A DNA stretch of 64,000 nt, from the IMG/VR virus record IMGVR_UViG_3300010885_076238, positions 124,001 to 188,000 of that record; one strand, written 5' to 3'. Both the position numbers and the translations under genes were made by a program. The notes beneath the pieces are model-generated. The model did no database searches. It was not told where the DNA came from and worked only from the letters and a program-made list of their open reading frames with translations. Below, one piece after another: positions 20,314-30,002 of this stretch. Positions within the stretch are counted from its first letter, which is position 1; each line of letters opens with the position of its first letter.

Positions 20314-20386
20314 GGGGCGTTCGTCTAACGGTCAAAGACGCCAGTCTTATTAACTGGACATGGGTGTTCGATTCACTCACGCCCTA
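20314..20386 (+). tRNA. trnI: tRNA-Ile(UAU), atypical U37
   Basis: CCAGT-CTTATTA-ACTGG; acceptor GGGGCGT/ACGCCCT. Confidence 0.8.
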
Positions 20387-20400
20387 CTAGGAGATTTACT

Positions 20401-20697
20401 ATGTGTGAAGATTGCGAAAAGAAGTGGGCTGAAAGCATCTTTGAAGACGATGAGTTTCGTGGCAAGATTCTTGATGACTTTGAAATCCAACACTTTTGTG
20501 ATGGGACATTCAGATTCAACAGCGTTATTGCAACTGACTTTGCAAAATTTCTAAAGGAACAAGGAGACGAACACGGTCAGTGGGAAGAAGATTCTTCTGA
20601 AGAAGAAAAGATCGAATCGGCTACTGGCGTTGTTCATCGTTTGTTGGACATAGTCGGAGAAAGCCAGCAGCATCTTGCTAAATTTTCTTTGAATTAA
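20401..20697 (+). CDS. acidic hypothetical protein
   Basis: AGGAG RBS. Confidence 0.65.
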   Translation: MCEDCEKKWAESIFEDDEFRGKILDDFEIQHFCDGTFRFNSVIATDFAKFLKEQGDEHGQWEEDSSEEEKIESATGVVHRLLDIVGESQQHLAKFSLN

Positions 20698-20781
20698 ATT
20701 GCAAAAGGCTGGCTGGTTTTGTTGCAAAAGGCCGTATAAAATAAAAAGAAAATAATTTCGTTATGGTCTTAGAGGTGAAAT

Positions 20782-22500
20782 ATGGCGGATAGTGCGATTC
20801 TAAACAGATACGATGGGCCTTGTTGTTCTTGTGGCAATTTTGTGCCATCTTCTGGAACTGAGCAAGGCTATGCCGTAAAGGAAAGCGGTCGTTGGAATCG
20901 TTACTGCAAACTGTGCAGTCCGATCAAGCTAAAGACTGACCGCAAGCTTACAAAAGATGGTCGAATCTATATGCCATTCGACCGATCCGCTCTTGATATA
21001 CTCAGGAGTGTTCCTGGTGCTTGGTTTGACCGTCAAGAAGTTTGTTGGCATGTGAGTTTGAAAGAGGGGGATCGTGCTCGTCTTTTGGAAATCGCTGCTG
21101 CTCTTGAATTGGAAGTAGACCCAGAACTCCAGAATATTGAGTTGTCTCAGCAATCTATCGATGCCGCTGACAGTGGTCTTTATCCATTTCAGGTTCATGG
21201 CGTCGATTGGCTGAGTAAGGGTTCCCATCGTCTTCTAGGAGACGATATGGGTTTGGGCAAGACTGTTCAAACCATCATGGCTCTTCCCAAAGATGCAGCA
21301 GCCATTGTTGTTGCACCTGCCAGCGTAAAATACAATTGGAAGAAAGAAGTAGAAAAGTGGAGGCCTGATCTGGAGGTTGCAATCATCCCTAATGAGAAGG
21401 GATTTAGGTTGCCTAGATTTGGCGAGGTTGTAATTTGCAATTATGAGACGCTCCCAGAATATCTGGAGCCTAAGAAGATTACTCCTACTTCTAAGAGTTG
21501 GGAAGTCGCCGTGACTTGGCCATCGTCAGAGATGGCTAAACATTCTAAGAATATCACCCTGATCGTTGACGAGGCGCAAAAAGTAAAAAACTATAAGACT
21601 AAACGATCCAAGCGTATCAAAGGCTTGAGCATGAGTGCCAAAAATATTTGGGCATTGACCGGCACTCCGTTGGAAAATCGCCCAGAAGATTTGTTCGGAA
21701 TTCTTGAATCTCTTCAAATGCAGATGAAAGTATTCGGTGGATGGGGCAAGTTTGTCAAGTATATGAACGGCAACAAAAACAGATGGGGCGGATATGAATG
21801 GGGCAAGCCTAGTCCTATCGTTCCTGAGTTGCTCCGTCGTGTTATGCTTCGACGCAAACGCGAAGATGTCCTCCCAGACCTTCCGTCCAAAACTTACTCA
21901 TATGTAAAGGTTGATCTTCCTAAGCATTTGAAGAAGTATATGGATGATCTCTGGGCCAGATATGAAGGCACTATCAGAGAAAAGAATCTTCCGCCGTTCG
22001 AAGAGTTCTCTAAAATTCGTGCCGATCTCGCAGCATCCAGAATTGACGCTGTCATTGAGCTAGTAGAGGAGCATGAGGAGGACGAAATTCCTCTTGTTGT
22101 ATTTTGTTCGCATCTTGAACCGTTGAATAAATTGGCGGAACGTGATGGGTGGAAGAAGATTACTGGAGATATTTCGCCTATCGAACGTCAAAAGATTGTC
22201 GATGAATTTCAGTCTGGGAAACTCAAGGGAGTTGCCGTCAGCATCAAAGCCGGTGGTGTCGGTATTACTTTGACTAAAGCATGGAAAGCAATCTTCGTTG
22301 ACCTTGATTGGGTTCCGGGCGCAAACCAGCAAGCCGAAGACAGAATCTGCCGTATCGGTCAAGAATCAAATAAAATTGAAATCGTTCGAATGGTGAGCGA
22401 TCACGCTCTCGATATCCACGTTCTTGATCTAATCGATTGGAAGATGCGTATCATCGAACAGTCGGTTGACGCTAGTGTGACAAGTGTAAAAAAAAAGTAG
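20782..22500 (+). CDS. SNF2-family helicase/translocase
   Basis: GDDMGLGKT, DEAQ, LTGTP, GVGITL, QAEDRICRIGQ. Confidence 0.95.
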   Translation: MADSAILNRYDGPCCSCGNFVPSSGTEQGYAVKESGRWNRYCKLCSPIKLKTDRKLTKDGRIYMPFDRSALDILRSVPGAWFDRQEVCWHVSLKEGDRARLLEIAAALELEVDPELQNIELSQQSIDAADSGLYPFQVHGVDWLSKGSHRLLGDDMGLGKTVQTIMALPKDAAAIVVAPASVKYNWKKEVEKWRPDLEVAIIPNEKGFRLPRFGEVVICNYETLPEYLEPKKITPTSKSWEVAVTWPSSEMAKHSKNITLIVDEAQKVKNYKTKRSKRIKGLSMSAKNIWALTGTPLENRPEDLFGILESLQMQMKVFGGWGKFVKYMNGNKNRWGGYEWGKPSPIVPELLRRVMLRRKREDVLPDLPSKTYSYVKVDLPKHLKKYMDDLWARYEGTIREKNLPPFEEFSKIRADLAASRIDAVIELVEEHEEDEIPLVVFCSHLEPLNKLAERDGWKKITGDISPIERQKIVDEFQSGKLKGVAVSIKAGGVGITLTKAWKAIFVDLDWVPGANQQAEDRICRIGQESNKIEIVRMVSDHALDIHVLDLIDWKMRIIEQSVDASVTSVKKK

Positions 22501-22789
22501 TAGTAGATAAAAAAGAACCAGAGCTAGATGCTAAGACGTTACGAGAATTAGACGAACAATATTCAAAAGAAAAATCAGATAGAAAGAATCTCCAAGAAAC
22601 AATAAATTTCATGAAGTCTCTTCTAGATGACGATGACGAATGAATGCCTTGCACAAATTTTAATTACTAAAGTCCAACTTAAGAATAATTTTTAATTTAC
22701 TTAATTTGGGCGTTAGTAATTAATAATTTATATGACGAATACCTGATGTTTATTAACTGATTTTTCTTTTCGAAAATAAGTCAAGTTTA

Positions 22790-22870
22790 CGCAAACCTTT
22801 GTGGCATAAGGACTTACGACAAAAAACTTTAACTTATTCATCCTAAGTCCTTATGTGACAGTAGTTTACG
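22790..22870. repeat. pair of imperfect palindromes (REP-like)
   Basis: CATAAGGACTTA / TAAGTCCTTATG inverted. Confidence 0.6.
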
Positions 22871-22936
22871 TCAAATCAAAGATTGCAAAAATAAAAATAT
22901 ATATTGATCGTTATCTGGGAACAAGGAGAAAATTTT

Positions 22937-23323
22937 ATGGGCTTGGACATGTACGCTTACGCTGTTGACCCCAAGGAATGTGAGAATTTTGATGAATTCT
23001 CGTGCAAATTCAAAGGCGAATACAAGCCAGATGAAATTTATTACTGGCGCAAACATCATGATTTGCATGGATGGATGGAAAATCTGTACCGTAGCAAGGG
23101 CGGTCTTGAGGAGTTCAACTGCCAGAAGGTGATGCTGACTGTGGATGATTTGAATGAGCTTGAGAAGGCACTTATCTCTAAAGGATTGCCTAGCACCACA
23201 GGATTTTTCTTCGGAAATAATCCTCCTGATGAAGAAACTTTGAACGAAGACCTTCTTTTTGTTGCTAAGGCCAGAAAAGTAATAGAAGAAGGAAATGTTG
23301 TATACTACGACAGTTGGTGGTAA
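22937..23323 (+). CDS. conserved phage protein
   Basis: MGLDMYAY...YWRKH...LHGWME...YYDSWW. Confidence 0.8.
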   Translation: MGLDMYAYAVDPKECENFDEFSCKFKGEYKPDEIYYWRKHHDLHGWMENLYRSKGGLEEFNCQKVMLTVDDLNELEKALISKGLPSTTGFFFGNNPPDEETLNEDLLFVAKARKVIEEGNVVYYDSWW

Positions 23324-23354
23324 AATAATAAAAAATAAGGAGCGTTATAAGATT

Positions 23355-23936
23355 ATGGACACTAAACTTTTTGATAGTCTGACCCGAGGTTGTTTTGAAG
23401 AACGATTTTTCGCCTATATGAAGGCTGTTGGTCTTGATCTAGTAACTGTCGCCTACAGTGGTGGTGGCGATAGTGGAGGAATGGACTATATGGAGTTCGA
23501 TCCAGCCGTAAACGACAAGATCAAGGACGGGATCAAGAATGATTTAGAAGAGCAACTTTGCAACCCAATTTATAGTAAGCATGGAGGCTTTGCCGATGGC
23601 GGCGGGTATCATGTAAATGGTCAAGTGGTTTATGACGCTAATACTCAAACTGTCAACATTAGCGGAACAGACCATATAACCACCTACACTTATGAAGAAG
23701 GGCTAGAAGACGAAGAGGCGGATGAAGAGACCAGACAAGAAGACTGGGAAGAGTGCGTTTATAGTAGGAGCGCAAAGCATCCCAAAAGTAAGGAATCCGA
23801 CTACCTGTTTGCCTATCTATACGCCAGAGATTTTCTTGATAAGAAGTTGCCGGAAGACCTTCATAATAAAATGATGACCGAAGCGTCCATCAACGAAGAT
23901 GAACACGCTATAAAATATATGATAGAAATAAAATGA
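23355..23936 (+). CDS. DUF6878-like protein with C-terminal LPEDLHN module
   Basis: YSGGGDSG; leaderless start. Confidence 0.65.
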   Translation: MDTKLFDSLTRGCFEERFFAYMKAVGLDLVTVAYSGGGDSGGMDYMEFDPAVNDKIKDGIKNDLEEQLCNPIYSKHGGFADGGGYHVNGQVVYDANTQTVNISGTDHITTYTYEEGLEDEEADEETRQEDWEECVYSRSAKHPKSKESDYLFAYLYARDFLDKKLPEDLHNKMMTEASINEDEHAIKYMIEIK

Positions 23937-24395
23937 TGCGATATAACATTGACACTACGAATGGCGACCTTGTTCAAATCGACCTTGCTGGTGATTCTTG
24001 GATTGCCTCTGACGACACTTCAATCCTTGTCACTTTGATAAAGTTCAACACTGACCCTTCTCAAAGTCTTTCTCTTTCCGTTACTAAGAAGGACTTGGAA
24101 AAAATAGTTTCTAATTTAAATATCATCCTGCCTAATAATAATTAATCTAAAGAGTTATGTAAATATGAGATATCGAGATCAAATTAAAGAAGCCCGTAAG
24201 TGGTCGTATGTTGAAGCCGGATTCAGCGAGGAACTTCCTCCTGATGAGCGACAGGTCGCTCTTGAACGAGCGAATGCTTTGTACGAAGAAGCTGTCAAAG
24301 AGTTAGAAGAACTTGAGGCAGAAGAAGACGAGAGCTATAGTAAGTACGAACGCAAGTATATCAAGACTAAGAAACGTTGGGATAATGCAGCATGA
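23933..24395 (+). other. two small CDS (23933-24145, 24165-24395)
   Basis: ORF track; the second ends in AA. Confidence 0.6.
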
Positions 24396-24577
24396 TCTGC
24401 ACAAATTCCAAGGAAACAAAATAAAATAAAAAATAATTTGTTTCCTCTACGGAATTAGGCTCCTATAATTAATATTTTATAGGGTCGAAACACCTGATGT
24501 TTATTTTTGGTGCAGCACTTTCTACTACTTATAGAGAGGCGGTCAAAAATAATTTTCCTCTTCGACCGTTATGCAGT

Positions 24578-25183
24578 ATGGCAGCGATTGAGACTGCCAA
24601 GCTCAACTGGGAACATGAAATGTATCTGGTTCTGATGATTAGCAACAACCGCGTCACCTACGCAAAGGCGTTTGACCAGTGGGATTCGGCTGTGCTGTGT
24701 GCTGACAACGTGGTTATGGATATTGCCGGGGTTTCAAACGATATGCTCGATTGGGAGAACGGCGATTACCGCACGGTCTACGAGCATACAAACGGCACTA
24801 CAGTGACGATTGAGACGCTGGACGGGCCGGGAGCTAAGAGTTCGGAAATTCTTGGTTCGTAAGAAATAATTTTCGATCTAGTTCGTTATCCCAATGTGGC
24901 AGCGATTGAGACTGCCGCAGCAACCGGAGCAAAAAAGATGAAGAAAAATGTTTGGTTGAGTTCTGACCCCGCAAACACCGAGGGCGGAGACATGGGCTTC
25001 TGGTGGAATCGTGGTTGCAACAGCATTGCCGCTGTCTCTGTTGATGAAACCGGGCTGCGTTTCGATGGCAGCGACTTCACGGTCGTCATCGACAACCCAG
25101 GCCAGACCAACGAGAGCGTGAAAGTGCTGGTCAACGACGTGGTCGTCTTCGGTTCTGTCAAGACCAAGGCCAAGGCGAGTTGA
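24578..25183 (+). other. two hypothetical CDS (24578 or 24620-24862; 24896 or 24938-25183)
   Basis: Each follows a promoter plus hairpin. Confidence 0.65.
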
Positions 25184-25270
25184 GTCCTACCCTCCCCTGC
25201 CCATCAAGGGCAGGGGAGGGAGCTAGAAAATAATTTTCAATCCAGTTCGTTATACAAGTAGGAGAAAAAA

Positions 25271-25633
25271 ATGAGAATTACTGCTAAAGAAGCTGCTGAT
25301 CGTTTGCGTGTGAGTTATGTAGTTGCTGCGGGCATCATGGCCCACCTAGAAGAGACAGGCGCAGCGAAGGTTGTGGAAAAGAAGTTCCATGCCAGCGGGA
25401 AGGGAAAGCCGACTCGCGTGTATGAAGTTGAACAGCATACTGTGCTGAACTTCGGAGACGTTGCTGCTGCTGCCGCCGCACCCGTAGTCGAGCCAGTTGT
25501 AGTCGAGCCAGTTGTGTTCACGACTCCGGTTGTCGAGGCTCCGGCTGTTGTCGAGGTTGTCGAGGAGAAGATCGAAACGCTCGACCATGTAGCGGCTGCG
25601 TTGGCTCGACTCAAGGCCGACAACGCCGCGTGA
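25271..25633 (+). CDS. small winged-helix-like protein, paralog 2
   Basis: N- and C-termini near-identical to 29296..29652. Confidence 0.8.
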   Translation: MRITAKEAADRLRVSYVVAAGIMAHLEETGAAKVVEKKFHASGKGKPTRVYEVEQHTVLNFGDVAAAAAAPVVEPVVVEPVVFTTPVVEAPAVVEVVEEKIETLDHVAAALARLKADNAA

Positions 25634-25674
25634 AATAAAAATTGATTTATTTCGTTATCTGATTAGGAGAAACA

Positions 25675-26061
25675 ATGACCACTACAAATCGTTCCCCCTA
25701 CACTGCCGCTGTACTTGAAGCCGACAGTCACACCACCCTAATGGGATGGGTTCGTGACAATCACGAAATCCCCGGCGATTTTCTGCTCAAGGGACACCAT
25801 TGCACTGCCGACACTAAGCCCGCCGCAAAAAGCTTGGCAGGCCATATGGTCGGCCAGCGTGTCGAACTGCGTGTTGTTCGATTCGGTCGGCTTGAAGGAA
25901 TTATGGCAGTAGAAGTAGAAACTGTGATGCCATCGAAGAATACTCGAAAGCACGTTACGATTTGCCATGCACCCGATGTCAAGCCCATGATGTCAAACAG
26001 CATAGTCGAATGGGTTGATGTGCAGCCGTTCATCCTGTACGGGGTAGTGCAGGAGGTGTAA
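25675..26061 (+). CDS. 2H phosphoesterase-like protein
   Basis: Two HxT motifs (HHCT, HVT) about 50 aa apart, KPMMSN. Confidence 0.7.
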   Translation: MTTTNRSPYTAAVLEADSHTTLMGWVRDNHEIPGDFLLKGHHCTADTKPAAKSLAGHMVGQRVELRVVRFGRLEGIMAVEVETVMPSKNTRKHVTICHAPDVKPMMSNSIVEWVDVQPFILYGVVQEV

Positions 26062-26148
26062 AGGCGAACACCTAATGTCTATAAAGCGGTTGGCTAGATA
26101 GCATAAAATAAAAATTGATTTATTTCGTTATCTGATTAGGAGAAATTC

Positions 26149-26325
26149 ATGGAAAATTTCGTAGGAAAAACTGTTGCGTCGGTAGAGTACCCATCCAAGT
26201 ACGCCCGAGTAGTTTTGACCTTTACTGATGGCACGAAGTTGCTTATAAAGGAAGTTGGGTACGAAGGTGAACTTGAGGTTCGAGTCGATGGAACTGTTGT
26301 GGAAGGCGAAGAGGATGGAGAGTAA
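26149..26325 (+). CDS. 58-aa hypothetical protein (not in ORF track)
   Basis: Promoter and AGGAG RBS; MENFVGKTVASV. Confidence 0.7.
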   Translation: MENFVGKTVASVEYPSKYARVVLTFTDGTKLLIKEVGYEGELEVRVDGTVVEGEEDGE

Positions 26326-26336
26326 GTAAACACCTA

Positions 26337-26654
26337 ATGTCTATAAAAATGCAGTGGATTAGTTTTTTCGGCCCGCGCCGTCCAATCAACGGACAAAAGA
26401 TTTTCTACTACGGCGAGCATATCGGCGTTTGGAGTGGAACGTACAGCCTAGACTGGAATGATCCGGTTAGCCCCCATAGGATAATTTGTGGGGAAAAGCC
26501 AAGCAAGGAAACCTCCGATGTATTGGCTGAGTACGGCTTGAACAATATCACCATGATTGTAGATCGAATGGATGCTCCTTGGTGGATGCCAGACGAGGGT
26601 CAGCCCAAGCCAGAAAAGCCAGATCAAAATTACCCGCCAGAATATCCAAAATAA
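26337..26654 (+). CDS. hypothetical protein
   Basis: ORF track; start uncertain. Confidence 0.6.
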   Translation: MSIKMQWISFFGPRRPINGQKIFYYGEHIGVWSGTYSLDWNDPVSPHRIICGEKPSKETSDVLAEYGLNNITMIVDRMDAPWWMPDEGQPKPEKPDQNYPPEYPK

Positions 26655-26691
26655 TTTTTAGTTCGGTTCGTTATACAAATAACAATACAAT

Positions 26692-27340
26692 ACGCGGCCT
26701 GCTGAAGTAGGTGGAACGTAACCACCTATACCAGTTCTGTGCGAGGAACTGGCAGGGGTAGTAGGGCAATCGCAAGCCCGAAATGAGAAAAGCCACAGCA
26801 ATTACCACCGTGGCCCGCGTAAAAATAATTTATTACAATGCGTAGGTTAAGCGTTGAGCAGCCAGCGGTTGGCGGGAGTACTACCACAACCGTCCGTTAG
26901 ACCAGCATAGGAAAGTGTGGGTAAAATCCCGCCGCATTGATAATTTTAGTTATGTGATTAGAGAGAACAAGACAGGGGACGCAAGGTTGTTCGCGGCTGT
27001 CGAAGGCCAAGACGGTTCGCTAAATAGACCTACGTTGAAGCAACATAGATCGCGTTCTGTGGCCGGTGCGACTCCGGGCGTCTCCTGTCCTGTTCTCTTG
27101 AAAAATAATTTTCCTTTCTGTTCGTTATGTGATTGTGGTGGGTTGCAAGGCCGGATGAACGGCTCCCCAATGGCTGTCATGAAAGCCGGGAAGTTGAATA
27201 GGTGGTCAAGTCGATGGTTTCAAACCAAAGGCGAATCCACTCACCCACATTTTTTCTTCTAATTTCTATATACAGCAGAGAGAACTCGCCAAGAGGCCCA
27301 ACGGCCACACTGGGAGAATTGGAGTAAGGAGCCTCTGCTG
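26692..27340 (+). ncRNA. cluster of five candidate structured RNAs (26692-26820, 26836-26939, 26962-27098, 27134-27249, 27273-27340)
   Basis: GC-rich blocks, each closed by a terminal helix, separated by AT-rich spacers or promoters. Confidence 0.65.
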
Positions 27341-27358
27341 GGTTTCAAAGGAGTAAAT

Positions 27359-29217
27359 ATGTCAAAGCAAGAAATGATCGAAATTGTGGATTCTCAGGTC
27401 AAGTACGGACTGCCCAGAGAGGAAGCAATCCGCCTACTAGCTTTCTTTATGGACGAAGATGATCCAGAGAACAACGCAGAGATTTGGTTTCAGCAAAAAA
27501 TCGGCGGCGGTTGAAAATAATTTCTGCCCTAATTCGTTATAAAATCAAGGAGATCATCAATGACACTTGCAGAAGCCCGCAAGATGGCCCAAGAAGATGC
27601 TGACGATTATCAAGTCGTCGTCAATCTGATCTATGACAAACTCGCTGAGTACCCTGTGACTGACGATGGCGAGGACAACCGATACGGATTCTGTGCAGTA
27701 GGTGCTATGGACATTATGTTTCCAGAATACCTCAAGGATTACTGGAACGTAGTGGGCGTGGTAAGCCCCAAGGGAGGAATATGAAAATGTTAGGAAGTTG
27801 CCATTGCGGATCAGGCCAGCCTAGTTGGTGGGAAAACGATGCCAGAGGAATCCCTCTTGCAAGAATTTGCGAAAAGTGCAAAGAGGAAAAGCTGTCTAAG
27901 TACCGACCAGAAGTTCTGTCTAACTCAAACTACGAGGCAGACGAACCTATAGAGCCAGAAGATTACTAAACGGAGAGAATAATTATGCAGGCGGACATAG
28001 CCACCTTGACCGTCAAGGCGAGGCAAAAGGCTCGCAAATGGGTCAAGGAAAGGCTGAAAATGCACCCCGGCAAGTTCGTGGTCAAACAAGGTGAGCAGTC
28101 TTGTCCTTGCTGGAACGGGGAAAACGCTATTCAGTTAGAGAACACGACCGACAGATGGAGCGGTTGGTTCCCCGTAACAGACATAGAAATCTCTAGCGAC
28201 AATGAAAAATAATTTTCACTTTTACTCGTTATCTATATATGGAACATTTAGGACATCAAAAATGGTGGTGCGACGTTTGCGACTCCAGGCAAGTGGATAG
28301 CAAAGATTCCACAACTGGTTCGTACTATCAAGTAGCTGGCATGGAACATCCAGCCAGATCAAAAGAAGAAAAATGGACATCCATTATTTTCGCTGTCTGC
28401 TGCGAGTGTGAACCAATCAAGGCTTTGCACAAAATCAAAGTCGAAAACCAAGTCGTTCGTAAAAATTAGCTAATATACAAAATATTAATTAGCCAATAAT
28501 TATTATTTTCAACACCTGATGTTTATATGGAAACTAGACGGGGGCAATAAAATAATTTTCATTTCAAATCGTTATGTTCTTAGGAGGACAATGAAATGAA
28601 AATTTGCACCACCGATTCTATCTTGGAAAGCATCACTCAAAACAAGTTTGATGATGAATCCAATTCTCGTTCTGGCCGCATGAGTGGCGAAATGATGCGA
28701 ATTGCCGACGAAGTCGAGCAAGAGCTAGAGGACGAGTTCATGGACGAGTGTGACGAGAGCAACAGGGAAGCGGCGTAAAGCCAGCATTTCCAAGGGTTTG
28801 CTGCTTGTCTCTTTTTTTTGGAAGCGCCGACCGACATTGGTCGTAGTTATCTCACAGGAGGAACCTATGTATCGAAATTATGAAGAATACGAATCTGCTT
28901 TCGACAAGTTGCTAGATAACGCTCCTGCAAACGTCAAAATCAAAAAAAAGACGAGACAGGAGTTCGATTACGAAAATTATCGTGACAAGATCGAATGGTA
29001 TTTGATGGAGGAATGGGGCACTGAGCCTTTCCACGAAATTTTCTTCGGCCATATCAGTGAGATCGAATCGGACGAGCCTACTCCCGAAGATTTTCGTGCA
29101 GAGGAATTGCATGGCTGCGTCTATGACATCATCGACAGTTGCTACGAGAAGAAATTCAGCGTGAATCAGGCAGCGTCGAAAATTTATTTGTATTTGAAAA
29201 AAGAGAAGGCCATCTAA
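27359..29217 (+). other. seven small CDS (27359-27514, 27560-27784, 27781-27969, 27985-28212, 28239-28469, 28596-28778, 28867-29217)
   Basis: RBS or leaderless starts after promoters; two carry Cys pairs. Confidence 0.65.
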
Positions 29218-29295
29218 TCAGGGCAAAATTTTTTTCGGTTCGGATCGTTATACCAATACAGGCCATGTGGCCTACTAACAAGGAGAAAAAGAAAA

Positions 29296-29652
29296 ATGCG
29301 TTTGACTGCGAAAGAAGCCGCCGAAAGGCTGAGTGTGAGTTATGTGATTGCCGCCGGTATTATGTCTTATCTTGAGGACACTGGTAAGGCCAAGGTTGTA
29401 GAGAAGAAGTTTCATGCAAGTGGGAAGGGTAAGCCAACCCGTGTCTATGAAGTAGATCAACTTACAGTGATTGACTTTGGTGATGCCGTTGCAAAGCCAG
29501 AAGTCGTGACGGTGACGGAGACAGTTGCAGTGACGGAGACGGTTGCGGTGACGGAGACGCTTCCAGCCGTGGCAGAGATTGCAGAGGATCGCGTCGAAAC
29601 GCTGGATCATGTCGCTGCGGCTCTGGCTAGGCTGAAGTCTGAGGCTGCGTAA
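29296..29652 (+). CDS. small winged-helix-like protein, paralog 3
   Basis: GKGKPTRVYEV; VTETVA tandem linker. Confidence 0.8.
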   Translation: MRLTAKEAAERLSVSYVIAAGIMSYLEDTGKAKVVEKKFHASGKGKPTRVYEVDQLTVIDFGDAVAKPEVVTVTETVAVTETVAVTETLPAVAEIAEDRVETLDHVAAALARLKSEAA

Positions 29653-29833
29653 TACGCGCCCATAGGAATCCATCCCCCTCTGCTTCTCAATCGCGGAGGG
29701 GGGTGGATAAACCTAAATTTGTGCTACTATAATAATACAACAATCGGCCGTCCGGCCGTGCCGCCACAAGCGCCACGGGTTGATTCCCCACGGGAGCCAG
29801 CCATCAAAGACCGGCCCGCCGATTATTGCACAA

Positions 29834-29917
29834 GCCGAAGTGGCGGAATTGGCAGACGCGCCAGACTCAAAATCTGGTGTCCAAAAAGACGTGTGGGTTC
29901 AATTCCCACCTTCGGCA
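29834..29917 (+). tRNA. trnL: tRNA-Leu(CAA)
   Basis: CCAGA-CTCAAAA-TCTGG; long variable arm. Confidence 0.95.
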
Positions 29918-30002
29918 GTAACACCTACCGTTTATTATTAATTAATAATAAACCTATAAAATAATTAGTTCGCTCAATCGTTATTTGGTATGGAGGAAGG
30001 AT

